Source of the DNA: a virus | Direction: 5' to 3' (one strand) | DNA: 64,000 nucleotides | IMG/VR virus record: IMGVR_UViG_3300044730_000313 | Location: 49,704-113,703 of that record | Shown here: positions 34,830 through 45,050 of the stretch, one piece after another | Position numbering within the stretch: position 1 is the first letter of the stretch | Layout of the letters: each line of letters starts with the position of its first letter | Position numbers and translations under genes: made by a program | Notes under the pieces: model-generated | Seen by the model: only the letters and a program-made list of their open reading frames with translations | Database searches by the model: none | What the model was told of the DNA's origin: nothing

Positions 34830-35348
34830 ATGTATTTCACCGTCGAACTTGTGCTTAAGAGTTATATGCCTAGGCAATTAGAGCCTGGAATGTGGTTTAT
34901 CACTAAACTCAATCCTGGCACTAGAAAAGAATACACAGAAATATGGGCGCTTGACAAAACTCCTTTAGAACCCCTAGAAGAATTTATCACCAAAAATGGT
35001 GCACCAGTCGAGCCCTATATCATCTATGATGAACAAGTGCTAGCTGAACCACATGAAATAGGGTGGTGGGATGATGGTCCACAGTTTGAAGAGCTTAGAG
35101 ATATAGAGCTCAAAGACATCAACCTCATTCTAGAAGAATACGACGGGTATATTGATATCATGATTGACGATTGGGATTTTGCTCATGAGGATGAGGCTAA
35201 TCCTGTTCTCAATGCTGATCCTATTACTAAAATTGAAAAGGTCACGCTATGCATTCCAGGTCTTTATGATGAGGAGGAAGAAGATGATGAGGATGATCCA
35301 GATGGAGACTGGGATGATATGGATGATGACACATGGAAAGAAGATTAA
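34830..35348 (+). CDS. Hypothetical protein with very acidic C-terminus
   Basis: Start reassigned to MYFTVE; D/E-rich tail. Confidence 0.65.
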   Translation: MYFTVELVLKSYMPRQLEPGMWFITKLNPGTRKEYTEIWALDKTPLEPLEEFITKNGAPVEPYIIYDEQVLAEPHEIGWWDDGPQFEELRDIELKDINLILEEYDGYIDIMIDDWDFAHEDEANPVLNADPITKIEKVTLCIPGLYDEEEEDDEDDPDGDWDDMDDDTWKED

Positions 35349-35349
35349 A

Positions 35350-35529
35350 ATGAAAACACTCATGAAACTAATCAAAGAATTCATCTTTGGCAGGCGTGCA
35401 GATGCTGTCTGTCAGATTAAACCAGGCTTTAAAACCACCTATCCACCTAACCAGCCAGATGAATGGGCTTGGAAACAGGAGTTTAAGGTGGGTATGATGT
35501 GTGGTAAAAAAGCAATCTATTTAAACTAA
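35350..35529 (+). CDS. Hypothetical protein
   Basis: Start reassigned to MKTLMK. Confidence 0.5.
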   Translation: MKTLMKLIKEFIFGRRADAVCQIKPGFKTTYPPNQPDEWAWKQEFKVGMMCGKKAIYLN

Positions 35530-35535
35530 TAGTCT

Positions 35536-36111
35536 ATGGGAATGGATGTACATGGTATTGCTCCTCAAACAGTTGGGGACAAACCTGAGAGACCAGAAAA
35601 CTGGGACTCTCTAACAGAATATGAACGTAGTATGTATTACAATGAACTAAATAGCTGGGAAGCTCACAATCCTGGTGTTTATTTCAGAGCTAGTGGATGG
35701 GCTTGGATACCTATTCACGCTATATGTGACTTTGCTATATACATTGCAAAGCTTCCTTTTAATACTAAAGGATGGGGAGAAAACAATGGATATGGTCTAA
35801 AGACACAGCAAGAGTGTGATGACCTAGCTAATGCTATTGAGCTCTATCTAGAGCTTAATAACGCTAATATGCATGATATGGATGACAGAATGTATCTGTG
35901 TCTTGGTTCATGGACCACTGCAAATAGTCGTTTCATGCCTAAAGAACTTGAGGATGAGCTTAATGAAGTGTATCCTCGAGGCACAATCCTATACAATGGT
36001 GTTGTTACAAAGGATGGCACATTAGCTTATTCAGCACACAGTTGTCCTCTCTATCACATACAAAACTTTGTCACATTCCTTCGCAAATGTGGAGGATTTG
36101 AAATCTTGTAA
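35536..36111 (+). CDS. Conserved phage protein of unknown function
   Basis: MGMDVHG..GVYFRA..W.W.PI..NFVTFLRKCGGFEI pattern. Confidence 0.65.
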   Translation: MGMDVHGIAPQTVGDKPERPENWDSLTEYERSMYYNELNSWEAHNPGVYFRASGWAWIPIHAICDFAIYIAKLPFNTKGWGENNGYGLKTQQECDDLANAIELYLELNNANMHDMDDRMYLCLGSWTTANSRFMPKELEDELNEVYPRGTILYNGVVTKDGTLAYSAHSCPLYHIQNFVTFLRKCGGFEIL

Positions 36112-36142
36112 CCAATTAAATCACAAATAAAAATCAAAGCAC

Positions 36143-36433
36143 ATGTCAAGAAAATCAATGTTCACAGATGAACAAATCAAGCAAATGAAGCAAGAAATCC
36201 GTACAGGAGAACCTATTGTAATGTTGGCAGAAAAACTTGCTCCAAGGTACAATGTATCAGAGAATAGCATGCGTATAAAGCTGTACAGCTTAGCTAGACG
36301 CACGTACAAGATTGCAGAATGGACTGGTCCAAAGCAACGTAGAAGAAGAATAGATAACACTCTTACAGTTCCCACACAGGTGACAGGTAAGAAAGTGGTT
36401 ATGTATGATGATCACATCCGTATTTATTTCTAA
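36143..36433 (+). CDS. Small HTH-like protein
   Basis: FTDEQIKQMK..IVMLAEKLA..VSENSMR. Confidence 0.55.
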   Translation: MSRKSMFTDEQIKQMKQEIRTGEPIVMLAEKLAPRYNVSENSMRIKLYSLARRTYKIAEWTGPKQRRRRIDNTLTVPTQVTGKKVVMYDDHIRIYF

Positions 36434-36453
36434 ACATGTAAATACACATCCTT

Positions 36454-36666
36454 ATGCCTACACTCGTCTATCGCTCTGCCTGGAGCACAGTAACACCCTT
36501 AGTTTATTGTGATGGTTCTCATGATGCAGCTGTTAATGAATTCATTGACAGACTTATGAAAGCCAAGCTACGTACAACAAGATTGGTTCTTGATAACAAC
36601 AAGATGTATTACAAACCTAGTAACCAATACAAAAGATTTGTTGTTCGTATGCGAAAAATTAAGTAG
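36454..36666 (+). CDS. Hypothetical protein
   Basis: 70 aa, followed by a terminator. Confidence 0.5.
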   Translation: MPTLVYRSAWSTVTPLVYCDGSHDAAVNEFIDRLMKAKLRTTRLVLDNNKMYYKPSNQYKRFVVRMRKIK

Positions 36667-36677
36667 ATTTGGGCTAC

Positions 36678-36713
36678 GGTTCCTATCCTCATTTAAGAGG
36701 GTAGGAACCTTTT
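36678..36713 (+). terminator. Intrinsic terminator
   Basis: GGTTCCTATCCTC/GAGGGTAGGAACC followed by TTTT. Confidence 0.7.
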
Positions 36714-36726
36714 AAATCCAAACTAT

Positions 36727-36957
36727 ATGGCAAAAGACAAATGCGTACTATGTGGCGCTGAAACTCCATATGATGAGAGTTTGCACATAGATTATAGACA
36801 TGGGTATATTGAAGGAGCTGGACAGCTCTGTAAAGCATGCTATGATAGGGGAACCAAACGAACGCACATTCTTATTCCTGCGGACGTTATCTATAATACC
36901 CCGAATGATCAAGAACTAGGCAACAAGGTGAGAACTATTTACAATCAAAGCATTTAA
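36727..36957 (+). CDS. Small Zn-finger protein
   Basis: CVLC...YIEGAGQLCKAC. Confidence 0.6.
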   Translation: MAKDKCVLCGAETPYDESLHIDYRHGYIEGAGQLCKACYDRGTKRTHILIPADVIYNTPNDQELGNKVRTIYNQSI

Positions 36958-36958
36958 A

Positions 36959-37222
36959 ATGGCAACTAAAAAATCAGTGGTAAAAGAAACAGCTCGTTTA
37001 ACTATCATATGTGATTCAAATCAAGAATCTACAGTGAAAATCAAAGGAGACATACATACTCTTACAGCAGCACTTGCTTCTCTAATGGCACATGAAGATG
37101 AAGATAATGTGTTTCGTGAGATGATGGCGTTAGCTATTCGTGTTGTTTTAGATGAAGACAAACAAAAGAAGAAGAAGAAATCTGCAACTAAAAAGAAAGC
37201 AGCTCCTAAAAAGAAGAAATGA
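36959..37222 (+). CDS. Hypothetical protein with histone-like Lys-rich tail
   Basis: KKKKKSATKKKAAPKKKK C-terminus. Confidence 0.6.
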   Translation: MATKKSVVKETARLTIICDSNQESTVKIKGDIHTLTAALASLMAHEDEDNVFREMMALAIRVVLDEDKQKKKKKSATKKKAAPKKKK

Positions 37223-39177
37223 TGAATGTAATCATTTATGATATCGAAACCTTAAAAGAATATTTTCTAGTGGTGTGTCTTATTCCTCAAGAACCATATA
37301 GGGTTTTTAAGGTGAATCAAGAAGACAACAATCTGGATGCGTTTATCAACTTCACAGAGAAACACAGAGACTATTATTGGGTGGGTTATAACAATCTACG
37401 CTTCGATAGTCAGGTGGTAGAGTGGGTGATACGCAACAATGAGTATTGGCATGAACTTTCCAATTTGGAAATAGCTGCTAAGATTCATCAAAAGGCTGCT
37501 GATGTCATACATGACGCTAATTTCGATGTGTTTCCTGAATTTAGGGAGTATGAGCTCAGCCTTAAACAGATTGATCTATTCAAGATACACCACTTTGACA
37601 ACAAGAATAGACGTGTGAGTCTGAAGAGGCTTGAGTTTGAGATGGACCTAGAGAACATTGAAGAGATGCCCATTCATCATGACACTGTAGGGATGACTAG
37701 AGATGATATCATCCTTACGACAGAATACTGTCTCAATGATGTGTGGGCTACCTATCAGTTCTACAAGGTGACCATTGGTGATACGGACCATCCTTTGTAT
37801 AAAGGTGACAATAGAATACAGCTCAGACAGGACATACAAGAAGAATTCAACATCCCTTGTCTTAACTATTCTGATAGTAAGATTGGAGATGAGATGATTA
37901 AAAAGTATTACTGTGAACAGAAGGGTATAGACTATCGTGATCTGCCTAAAAAGGGTAAGTTTGAGAAGAAAACCCATGTAAAGAACTGTATCGCAGACTA
38001 TGTAAAGTTCCAAACGCTCGAGCTGCAAGAGTTCCTATCACGCATTAGGAAGATGAGTTTGGGTATGCAGGATGATTTCAAAGAGGAACTACACTTCTAT
38101 GGTAATGTGTATTCCTTTATGAAGGGTGGTTTGCATACAGAGAACAGTCCCAAGATCTTTGAAGCTGATGAGGAGCACGAGATTATTGACTGGGATGTAT
38201 CCAGCTATTATCCAGCCATTATCATCAACAATGATCGCTATCCAAGACATTTGGGTAAAGAATTCCTTCAGGGCTATAAGACAATGTTTGAGAAGAGGTT
38301 GGAACTCAAGCCTTTAGCTAAGAAGGACAAGAAAATCAAGGGTATTGTAGGGGCTCTAAAGCTTGCTGTAAACTCTGTTTATGGTAAGAGCTCTGACATA
38401 CAGTCCTGGATTTATGATAGACAGCTCACTATGTTCACCACTATAACGGGTGAGCTTAGCCTAATGATGCTCATAGAAGCTTATGAACTAGCTGGTATTA
38501 ACGTAATAAGTGCAAACACTGATGGTGTCACTATTAGGATTAAAAAGAATCTAATAGACAAAATGCACGAGATAAACAGCTGGTGGAGTGAGCTAACACA
38601 ATATGAGCTCGAGAGGGCTGACTATCAAAAGATTATATTTTCCACGGTAAATGACTATCTTGCGATAAAAACAGATGGTGAAATCAAGAAGAAAGGCGAT
38701 TTCCTCACTGATTTTGAGCTACATAAGAACAAGTCAGCGCGCATTGTACCAATGGCTCTCGAACAATATTTTGTTCGTAATATACCTGTTGATACTACTA
38801 TTCGCAGTCATAGTGTTATCTTTGACTTCTGTCTCAGACAGAAAGCTTCCAAAGACTTCCACTACGAAGGAATAGATAGGTCCACGGGTGTTAAGACTGT
38901 GTACAATAAGCTGATTCGTTATTACATCTCCAACACTGGAGAAAAGCTCCTGAAAATCAAGAATGAGGACTCTACAAGTGGTGCTGCAGCTGTTTCCCAA
39001 GTGGAAGCTGGTGAGTGGCTGGCCACTGTATGCAATAAACTTGATAAAAACCATCCTCTGGACAACATCAATTATGCCTATTACATTGAGCGTGCTGAGA
39101 AGCTCATTAGGAAGATTGAAACAGAGGGTAAAGCCCGCAATGTAGTTGTAAATCCTAATCAGTTAAGTTTGTTCTGA
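37219..39177 (+). CDS. polB: Family B DNA polymerase with 3'-5' exonuclease
   Basis: YDIET, GYNNLRFD, YCLND (Exo I-III); DWDVSSYYP, KLAVNSVYGK, SANTDG. Confidence 0.9.
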   Translation: MMNVIIYDIETLKEYFLVVCLIPQEPYRVFKVNQEDNNLDAFINFTEKHRDYYWVGYNNLRFDSQVVEWVIRNNEYWHELSNLEIAAKIHQKAADVIHDANFDVFPEFREYELSLKQIDLFKIHHFDNKNRRVSLKRLEFEMDLENIEEMPIHHDTVGMTRDDIILTTEYCLNDVWATYQFYKVTIGDTDHPLYKGDNRIQLRQDIQEEFNIPCLNYSDSKIGDEMIKKYYCEQKGIDYRDLPKKGKFEKKTHVKNCIADYVKFQTLELQEFLSRIRKMSLGMQDDFKEELHFYGNVYSFMKGGLHTENSPKIFEADEEHEIIDWDVSSYYPAIIINNDRYPRHLGKEFLQGYKTMFEKRLELKPLAKKDKKIKGIVGALKLAVNSVYGKSSDIQSWIYDRQLTMFTTITGELSLMMLIEAYELAGINVISANTDGVTIRIKKNLIDKMHEINSWWSELTQYELERADYQKIIFSTVNDYLAIKTDGEIKKKGDFLTDFELHKNKSARIVPMALEQYFVRNIPVDTTIRSHSVIFDFCLRQKASKDFHYEGIDRSTGVKTVYNKLIRYYISNTGEKLLKIKNEDSTSGAAAVSQVEAGEWLATVCNKLDKNHPLDNINYAYYIERAEKLIRKIETEGKARNVVVNPNQLSLF

Positions 39178-39437
39178 TGGCACATAAGAAACAAAGACCA
39201 CTATCTAGTGATCATCCTAAGCTAAAGATACTAGCTGAGTTGGAAGAGACTAAAGGACAGGGTGCAAAGTTTCCTGATTACAATCCTCCTCCTAAAAGAA
39301 AGACAGAAATGAGGAAGGATGAAAGAAAAGCATATAAACTTCTCAAGGAAAGGGAACAGAAGAGAAACACTCCAATAGCAAAATCATTTGTTGGTTGGGA
39401 GTATAAAGATAGATATGCACACAGAAAAACAGAATAG
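39177..39437 (+). CDS. Hypothetical basic protein
   Basis: 86 aa, coupled to the polB stop. Confidence 0.5.
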   Translation: MAHKKQRPLSSDHPKLKILAELEETKGQGAKFPDYNPPPKRKTEMRKDERKAYKLLKEREQKRNTPIAKSFVGWEYKDRYAHRKTE

Positions 39438-39438
39438 C

Positions 39439-39870
39439 ATGAACATTAAGAAAGGAGACAAGTTCAAGGATTACATAGGAACTCCTTGCTTCATTAGCTA
39501 TATCAAGGGAGACATCATAAAGCTGTCATTCATAGAAGAGCGTCCACACATGGAGACCTGGGATAAGAAAGAGTTTCTAGCTGAGATTAGCAAGAACAGA
39601 TTCTTTCCACAACCCAAGGTGACTATCAATAGAACAAACATCTCAGAACATCTAGTTGAGTATCAACTCAATATGATAGGCAAAACAGTAGAACAAGCTC
39701 GTGAGTTGGAAGATTGGTATCACCAGTGGACCATGACTACAAAACAGTTTGAACTATTTAAAGCATACGCCATTCCTTTGTTACGTAAGGTATTTAAATT
39801 TAACAAACGAGCTGCGGAGAATACATTTGACTGGTTTAATCTAGGCTATGGTCTTCGCATAAAAGACTAA
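39439..39870 (+). CDS. Hypothetical protein
   Basis: Start reassigned to MNIKKG; ends FDWFNLGYGLRIKD. Confidence 0.6.
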   Translation: MNIKKGDKFKDYIGTPCFISYIKGDIIKLSFIEERPHMETWDKKEFLAEISKNRFFPQPKVTINRTNISEHLVEYQLNMIGKTVEQARELEDWYHQWTMTTKQFELFKAYAIPLLRKVFKFNKRAAENTFDWFNLGYGLRIKD

Positions 39871-39875
39871 CACCC

Positions 39876-40043
39876 ATGTTCTGGATAATTTTAATTGTAG
39901 GCCTCACATTTGCAGGCATAATAGCATATGAGCTTTATCGAGCTCCTAATATAGAGGATGATGATAGTTCTATATATGACCCAACCACTACATGTTGGGA
40001 TGATGATGATGAAAACAAAAATCACACAGAAGGTCACTTTTAA
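39876..40043 (+). CDS. Small single-pass membrane protein (55 aa, missed by ORF track)
   Basis: MFWIILIVGLTFAGIIAYELYRAP plus an acidic tail; fills the gap between neighbours. Confidence 0.55.
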   Translation: MFWIILIVGLTFAGIIAYELYRAPNIEDDDSSIYDPTTTCWDDDDENKNHTEGHF

Positions 40044-40052
40044 AACAATTTT

Positions 40053-40610
40053 ATGGGAGCACAACAATTCACCGTTATCAGCAGAGGTATGTCTGCTAAA
40101 GAAGCATATGAAAGAGCTGTGGCTGAAGCTGATGACTATCACGGTCATCAAGAAGGCTATTCTGGAGCAATTAACGCTACACCAGGATTTAGTGATGCCA
40201 CTGCTAAGTATTTGGCTAGCAAACTTCCTAGGTATAACTTCATAGAAGAGCGCCTAGACAAACTTACTAAGTTCCAAGGTGCTGAGTGTATTTGTATTAA
40301 GAAACCTAAGCCTAATACTAACAGGATTAAGACACAAGTGGAGCACATTGTTGAAGCTGGCACAAAGAAATGGGTGCTATTGTATTGTGTCTATGAAGCC
40401 TGGAGCGATAAGTTTATAGCCTCTTTTGAGAAAAAAGGAGAAGCTGTAGCTAGAGCTCGTCAGCATACAGAGAACACAAAAGCAGAGACACATGTAAGAA
40501 TAGAGAAGAAGCTTCACAAAGGAATACCACTAACAGCTAAAATCACCTACAAAAAAGCAAAAGATGAAGCAGAAGGAGAATGGGAATTCTACGGTTGGGC
40601 AAGCTGCTGA
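40053..40610 (+). CDS. Conserved phage protein of unknown function
   Basis: MGAQQF..GHQEGYSGAI..WEFYGWASC. Confidence 0.65.
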   Translation: MGAQQFTVISRGMSAKEAYERAVAEADDYHGHQEGYSGAINATPGFSDATAKYLASKLPRYNFIEERLDKLTKFQGAECICIKKPKPNTNRIKTQVEHIVEAGTKKWVLLYCVYEAWSDKFIASFEKKGEAVARARQHTENTKAETHVRIEKKLHKGIPLTAKITYKKAKDEAEGEWEFYGWASC

Positions 40611-40848
40611 TTATCTCTACCATTTGACAGATGAGACAGGAGAGGTTTATTACAACTACATAATTATATGTGGAGAACCTTGGCCACACAGAGAGGTGAG
40701 AAAACATCACGCTGCTTTGTACACTTATGGAGAGATGCTTGTAGCAAAAGCTTATTTTTCTAGAAGGAAAATAAGAACATTTGAGAAAATGATTATGAAA
40801 CCTGGATACAGAAAGAAAACAAATGACAAACCAACAAAAATTTCCTGA
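40564..40848 (+). CDS. Hypothetical protein (start uncertain)
   Basis: Fills a gap in the operon. Confidence 0.35.
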   Translation: MKQKENGNSTVGQAADYLYHLTDETGEVYYNYIIICGEPWPHREVRKHHAALYTYGEMLVAKAYFSRRKIRTFEKMIMKPGYRKKTNDKPTKIS

Positions 40849-41020
40849 GGACTTTGAGCGGGAAGCACTGAAAGATTCTGTATATTTGCTGGAAGAACAA
40901 CAAAGAATAATGCAGGAGATCAATGAAGAAGAAAATCGCCTGCCTGCAAAGATTACACTTCTTACACCACTCCCTGAACCCAAGCAAGATGAATCTCAAG
41001 TTAACACCCTACCATTTTGA
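40823..41020 (+). CDS. Hypothetical protein
   Basis: 65 aa, in operon. Confidence 0.5.
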   Translation: MTNQQKFPEDFEREALKDSVYLLEEQQRIMQEINEEENRLPAKITLLTPLPEPKQDESQVNTLPF

Positions 41021-41615
41021 AGAGCTGATTAAAAAGAGTTATTCTCTCGATCTAATTTTCTTACTAAAGCTGATTGAGGAGCAACATGACATCACACCTC
41101 TCTGTGAAGGGAGTGTAAAGATTGCTGCGCTTCGTCAGACTTTAGTGAGAAAAGGTCTCATTACAGAGGCAGAAGAGAAACTAACTACCATTGGTCAAGA
41201 GCTCATTAAGTTTATTGACACCAAAGAACCAAAGAAGATTGTAAAGAAGAAGCCTGCAACCACAGAGTTTGAAGAGTGGTGGAAAGCATATCCAGGCACA
41301 GATACCTTCAAGCATAATGGTAAGAGTTTTACAGGTGCAAGAAGCTTGAGACAAAACAAGGATGAATGCAGACTGAAGTTTGATAAGATTCTTCTTGAGG
41401 GTGAGTATACAGCAGCTGAGATGATAGAAGCACTAAAGTTTGACGTGTTACAGAAGAAAGAAAGTTCTGTGAAGAGTGGGACCAATAGGCTCACTTACAT
41501 GCAAAACAGTCTCACCTATCTGAATCAGCGTAGCTATGAACCATTTATTGAACTAATTAAAGACGGTGTTAAAATTGAACAAGCACCTAAAATTGTAGGA
41601 GGAACCGATATATGA
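40989..41615 (+). CDS. Replication initiator/replisome organiser-like protein
   Basis: wHTH-like N-terminus, FEEWWKAYP and YMQNSLTYLNQRSYE motifs; upstream of DnaB. Start reassigned to MNLKLT. Confidence 0.6.
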   Translation: MNLKLTPYHFEELIKKSYSLDLIFLLKLIEEQHDITPLCEGSVKIAALRQTLVRKGLITEAEEKLTTIGQELIKFIDTKEPKKIVKKKPATTEFEEWWKAYPGTDTFKHNGKSFTGARSLRQNKDECRLKFDKILLEGEYTAAEMIEALKFDVLQKKESSVKSGTNRLTYMQNSLTYLNQRSYEPFIELIKDGVKIEQAPKIVGGTDI

Positions 41616-41998
41616 ATACAGTAGTAAAACAAATCGTTAGTTGGGCAGACAAAACAGATATGAAAACTATACCTGTTGGCATGCTGAAAGATTGGGTGTT
41701 AGAAATGGAACAACTAGAGGAAGAAGAAAAAGAGTCTCATGAAGCAGAAAATGACTATCTGCCAGATGTTGCGGTATTAAAACTTGTTTATTCTTATCTA
41801 ACTGACCAAGTAGATCCTCAGCCAAGTTTAGATTTAAAAGACATATCTCATTTAAAACCTGAAGATCTTATTAATTATGAAATCCCTTCAGAATTAATTA
41901 CTTATCAGGAGTATACACCTGCTCACATGAAGAAAATGATGGGCATGTTATCTAGAATTATAATTAGAATGGAAGATAAACGTATAGACACTGTATGA
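41612..41998 (+). CDS. Hypothetical protein
   Basis: 128 aa with ATGA overlaps on both sides. Confidence 0.55.
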   Translation: MNTVVKQIVSWADKTDMKTIPVGMLKDWVLEMEQLEEEEKESHEAENDYLPDVAVLKLVYSYLTDQVDPQPSLDLKDISHLKPEDLINYEIPSELITYQEYTPAHMKKMMGMLSRIIIRMEDKRIDTV

Positions 41999-43056
41999 GC
42001 TTTGATCAACTAAAACAGGAGGTGCAGCTAGGCCTTGATGGCAGAAATGGAGGTATTCCTATGGGCTTTGATAGGCTTAATAGGTATATTGGCATCCGTA
42101 AGAGCATGTACTTTCTAGTGGGTGGTTTGACAGGCTCTGGTAAGACATCCTTCATAGATGATGCATTCGTGCTCAATCCTTTTGACTGGTATATCAGTCA
42201 GAAAGACCCAAAACTCAAGCTACGTATCATATATCGTTCAATGGAGCGATCTAGAACGTATAAACTAGCAAAATGGGTTGGCAGGAAGATATTTCTAGAC
42301 CATGGTGTCATCATCCCTGTTCCTAAGCTATTGGGCTGGACAGAGAAGATGAATCATGATGAGCATGATTTGTTCCTGATGTATGAAGACTACATGAATA
42401 GGATGGATGATGTTATCACCATCATTGATGGACCAGAGAATCCTGTAGGTATAGCCAAGGAACTAAAGGCGCATGCTCTTAAGAACGGGCGCATTGAGCA
42501 AGTGGATGAGTTTAATAAGCGCTATTTCCCTAACAATGAAAGTGAAATAACCATTGTTGTTATTGATCACATAGGCCTACTAAAGACCACTAAGGACCAA
42601 ACCACTAAAAAGCAAGCTATAGATAAAATGTCAGATGAGCTCAGATTTGCTCGTGACTTTTATGGATATACACCTGTTGTAGTGAGTCAGTTCAATCGTG
42701 ACATTAGTAATCCTATAAGAATAAAGAACGGTGATGTAGAGCCTCAGCTCGAGGATTTTGCAGAATCATCTAGCACCCAAAATGACTCAGATATTGTGCT
42801 AGCACTATTTGATCCTATTCGCTACAAGGTGGCTGACCCTAGTGGTTATGACCTAGAGAAGCTTAAGGATGAATTCGGTGCTAAGTATTTCAGGAGTCTT
42901 AGGCTAATAAAGAATAGCTATGGCGAAGATGATGTAAGAATAGGCCTAGGTTTTATGGGCCAAATAGGTATGTTCAAAGAACTGCCCAGGCGTAAGGATA
43001 TGACAGATGCTGATTATGAGTCAGTGGTGAACAAGTCCTTTTTTCTAAACAAATAA
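41995..43056 (+). CDS. dnaB: DnaB-like replicative helicase (SF4)
   Basis: GIPMGFDRLN, GLTGSGKT, SME, VVIDHIGLL, VSQFNR, DSDIVLAL, IKNSYG. Confidence 0.85.
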   Translation: MSFDQLKQEVQLGLDGRNGGIPMGFDRLNRYIGIRKSMYFLVGGLTGSGKTSFIDDAFVLNPFDWYISQKDPKLKLRIIYRSMERSRTYKLAKWVGRKIFLDHGVIIPVPKLLGWTEKMNHDEHDLFLMYEDYMNRMDDVITIIDGPENPVGIAKELKAHALKNGRIEQVDEFNKRYFPNNESEITIVVIDHIGLLKTTKDQTTKKQAIDKMSDELRFARDFYGYTPVVVSQFNRDISNPIRIKNGDVEPQLEDFAESSSTQNDSDIVLALFDPIRYKVADPSGYDLEKLKDEFGAKYFRSLRLIKNSYGEDDVRIGLGFMGQIGMFKELPRRKDMTDADYESVVNKSFFLNK

Positions 43057-43062
43057 TAACAT

Positions 43063-43233
43063 ATGAGTATTAAATTATTTAGCACAGCTCCCACGGAAGG
43101 TGATGTGTTTTGGCAAGTTGTGCTATTTCCAACAATCACTGTCCTAAGGAACCGTGAGTTTGATGGAGCATATTATGCAGTGAGCGTTGAATGGCTATTT
43201 TGGTCTGTAACAACTATTTTAAATGACAATTAG
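43063..43233 (+). CDS. Hypothetical protein (56 aa, missed by ORF track)
   Basis: MSIKLFSTAPTEGDVFWQVVLFPTITV..EWLFWS; fills the gap. Confidence 0.5.
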   Translation: MSIKLFSTAPTEGDVFWQVVLFPTITVLRNREFDGAYYAVSVEWLFWSVTTILNDN

Positions 43234-44299
43234 AGATCAGAGACAACAGGAGTTTGCTAACATTTGGATAAACAGCGGTAAACATGGTATACTTAATCTG
43301 TGCCCTAGATTTGGCAAGATTTACACCACCATCAATATAATTGAGAAGCTGAAGCCAAAGAGCATTCTTATTGCCTATCCAGACAACAAAATCAAGGACT
43401 CTTGGAAGACAGACTTTGAAAAGCGTGGGTTTGATGACAGTGGTGTTACATACACTACGCACCTGAGCCTGAAGAAGTACACAGAGAATCTGTATGATCT
43501 TGTAGTGCTCGATGAGATACACCTGCTGTCTGAGGCTCAAATAGAGGCTGCTGCAGAGCTCCTAGAGATAAACATCAATGTCCTGGGGCTCACAGGCACT
43601 ATAACTAGCTGGACAGAGCGTACACTAGCAGAAGAGCTTGATTTGTCTGTTGTAGCCACCTATTCAATAGAGAAGGCTATAGAGGAAGGGGTAATTGTGG
43701 ATTATGAAATCACGGTGGTCCGTGTTCCTCTAGATAACAAACGTAAGAATAACTATAAGGGTAAGTTGCGCACTGAGAAGGCACAGTTTGATGCATATGG
43801 ATATGTAATAAACAGCCTAGAAGCGCAGGGCAAATCCACCATGTTTCTTAGACTCGCAAGGATGCGTGTTATCCAGAACAGTATAGCTAAGATGGAAAAG
43901 ACTAGAGAACTACTCAAAAAGCATAAGGATGAACGAGTATTAGTGTTCTGTGGTGTCACCAAGATAGCTGACCAACTGGGCATCCCGTCCTATCATAGCA
44001 AGAAGGAAGAGAAAAAGATATTTGATGATTTTGTGAGTGGTAAGGGTAATCATTTAGCTGTTGTAAAGATTGGTAATACAGGAGTGACATACAAACCACT
44101 CAACCGCGTGATTATCAATTATTTTGACAGCAATGCAGAAAACCTGGCTCAGAAGATCAACAGATGTATGGCTATGGAGTACAACAATCCCGAGAAGAAA
44201 GCACAGATATACATCGTGTGTTCTAATGAGGATGTTGAAGCAAAGTGGCTCAAAAAAGCGCTAGAATTCTTTGAAAAAAGCAAGATAAAATTTGTTTAA
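43223..44299 (+). CDS. Superfamily 2 helicase-like protein
   Basis: Q-motif RDQRQQE, motif I CPRFGKI, DEIH, GLTGT, RVLVFC, QKINR. Confidence 0.75.
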   Translation: MTIRDQRQQEFANIWINSGKHGILNLCPRFGKIYTTINIIEKLKPKSILIAYPDNKIKDSWKTDFEKRGFDDSGVTYTTHLSLKKYTENLYDLVVLDEIHLLSEAQIEAAAELLEININVLGLTGTITSWTERTLAEELDLSVVATYSIEKAIEEGVIVDYEITVVRVPLDNKRKNNYKGKLRTEKAQFDAYGYVINSLEAQGKSTMFLRLARMRVIQNSIAKMEKTRELLKKHKDERVLVFCGVTKIADQLGIPSYHSKKEEKKIFDDFVSGKGNHLAVVKIGNTGVTYKPLNRVIINYFDSNAENLAQKINRCMAMEYNNPEKKAQIYIVCSNEDVEAKWLKKALEFFEKSKIKFV

Positions 44300-44322
44300 T
44301 TGAAAGGAATTTCTTATCTTTA
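44291..44322 (+). promoter_or_regulatory. Bacteroidota-type promoter
   Basis: TTTG-N20-TATCTTTA. Confidence 0.55.
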
Positions 44323-44355
44323 TAGCTATTAAATCACAATAAACCCTTAAAGCAC

Positions 44356-45027
44356 ATGGCAAGTAAATTAATCGGAATTGTAGGTCAAACAGGCACAGGA
44401 AAATCCACAGCTATTAAACACCTAGATCCAAAAGAAACGTACATCATCAATGTAGCAAAGAAAGAACTCCCGTTCAAAGGCTCAGAGAAACTGTACAACA
44501 CAGAGAACAAGAATTACAAGGAGGTGGATGATGCAAACGAAATTACACGTTTGCTCAGGACCATCTCAGACAAAGCTCCTCACATCAAGAATATCGTTAT
44601 TGAGGACAGCAATTACATCATGGGATTCAACATTGTATCTAAGGCCACAGAAGTGGGCTACACCAAGTTTAGCTTGATGGCAAAAGATATGGTGGACCTA
44701 TTCAGAGAGTCCCGCAAGCTTCGTGAAGACATTACAGTGTTCTACCTCACTCATCCCGAGACTATTGAGGATGGTGGTGATATTGTAGGATATAAGATTA
44801 AGACCGCTGGTAAGCTGATTGACAATCAGGTGTTACTAGAAGGACTTATGACTGTGTGTCTATACACGTATGTTGATGAGAATAAAGATGGCACAGCTAG
44901 CTATCATTTCATCACCAACAGGTTTAAAAAGATGCCTGCAAAGAGCCCAGATGGTATGTTTGCAGAGGTTAAAATCCCTAACAACTTACAGTTGGTAGTG
45001 GACAGAGTAAAAGAGTATTATAATTAA
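44356..45027 (+). CDS. AAA ATPase, Sak4-like recombination protein
   Basis: GQTGTGKST, IVIEDS, LTHPE, KIKTAGK, AKSPDGMF; adjacent to the SSB-like gene. Confidence 0.75.
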   Translation: MASKLIGIVGQTGTGKSTAIKHLDPKETYIINVAKKELPFKGSEKLYNTENKNYKEVDDANEITRLLRTISDKAPHIKNIVIEDSNYIMGFNIVSKATEVGYTKFSLMAKDMVDLFRESRKLREDITVFYLTHPETIEDGGDIVGYKIKTAGKLIDNQVLLEGLMTVCLYTYVDENKDGTASYHFITNRFKKMPAKSPDGMFAEVKIPNNLQLVVDRVKEYYN

Positions 45028-45050
45028 ATCACAAATAAAAACAAAGCACA

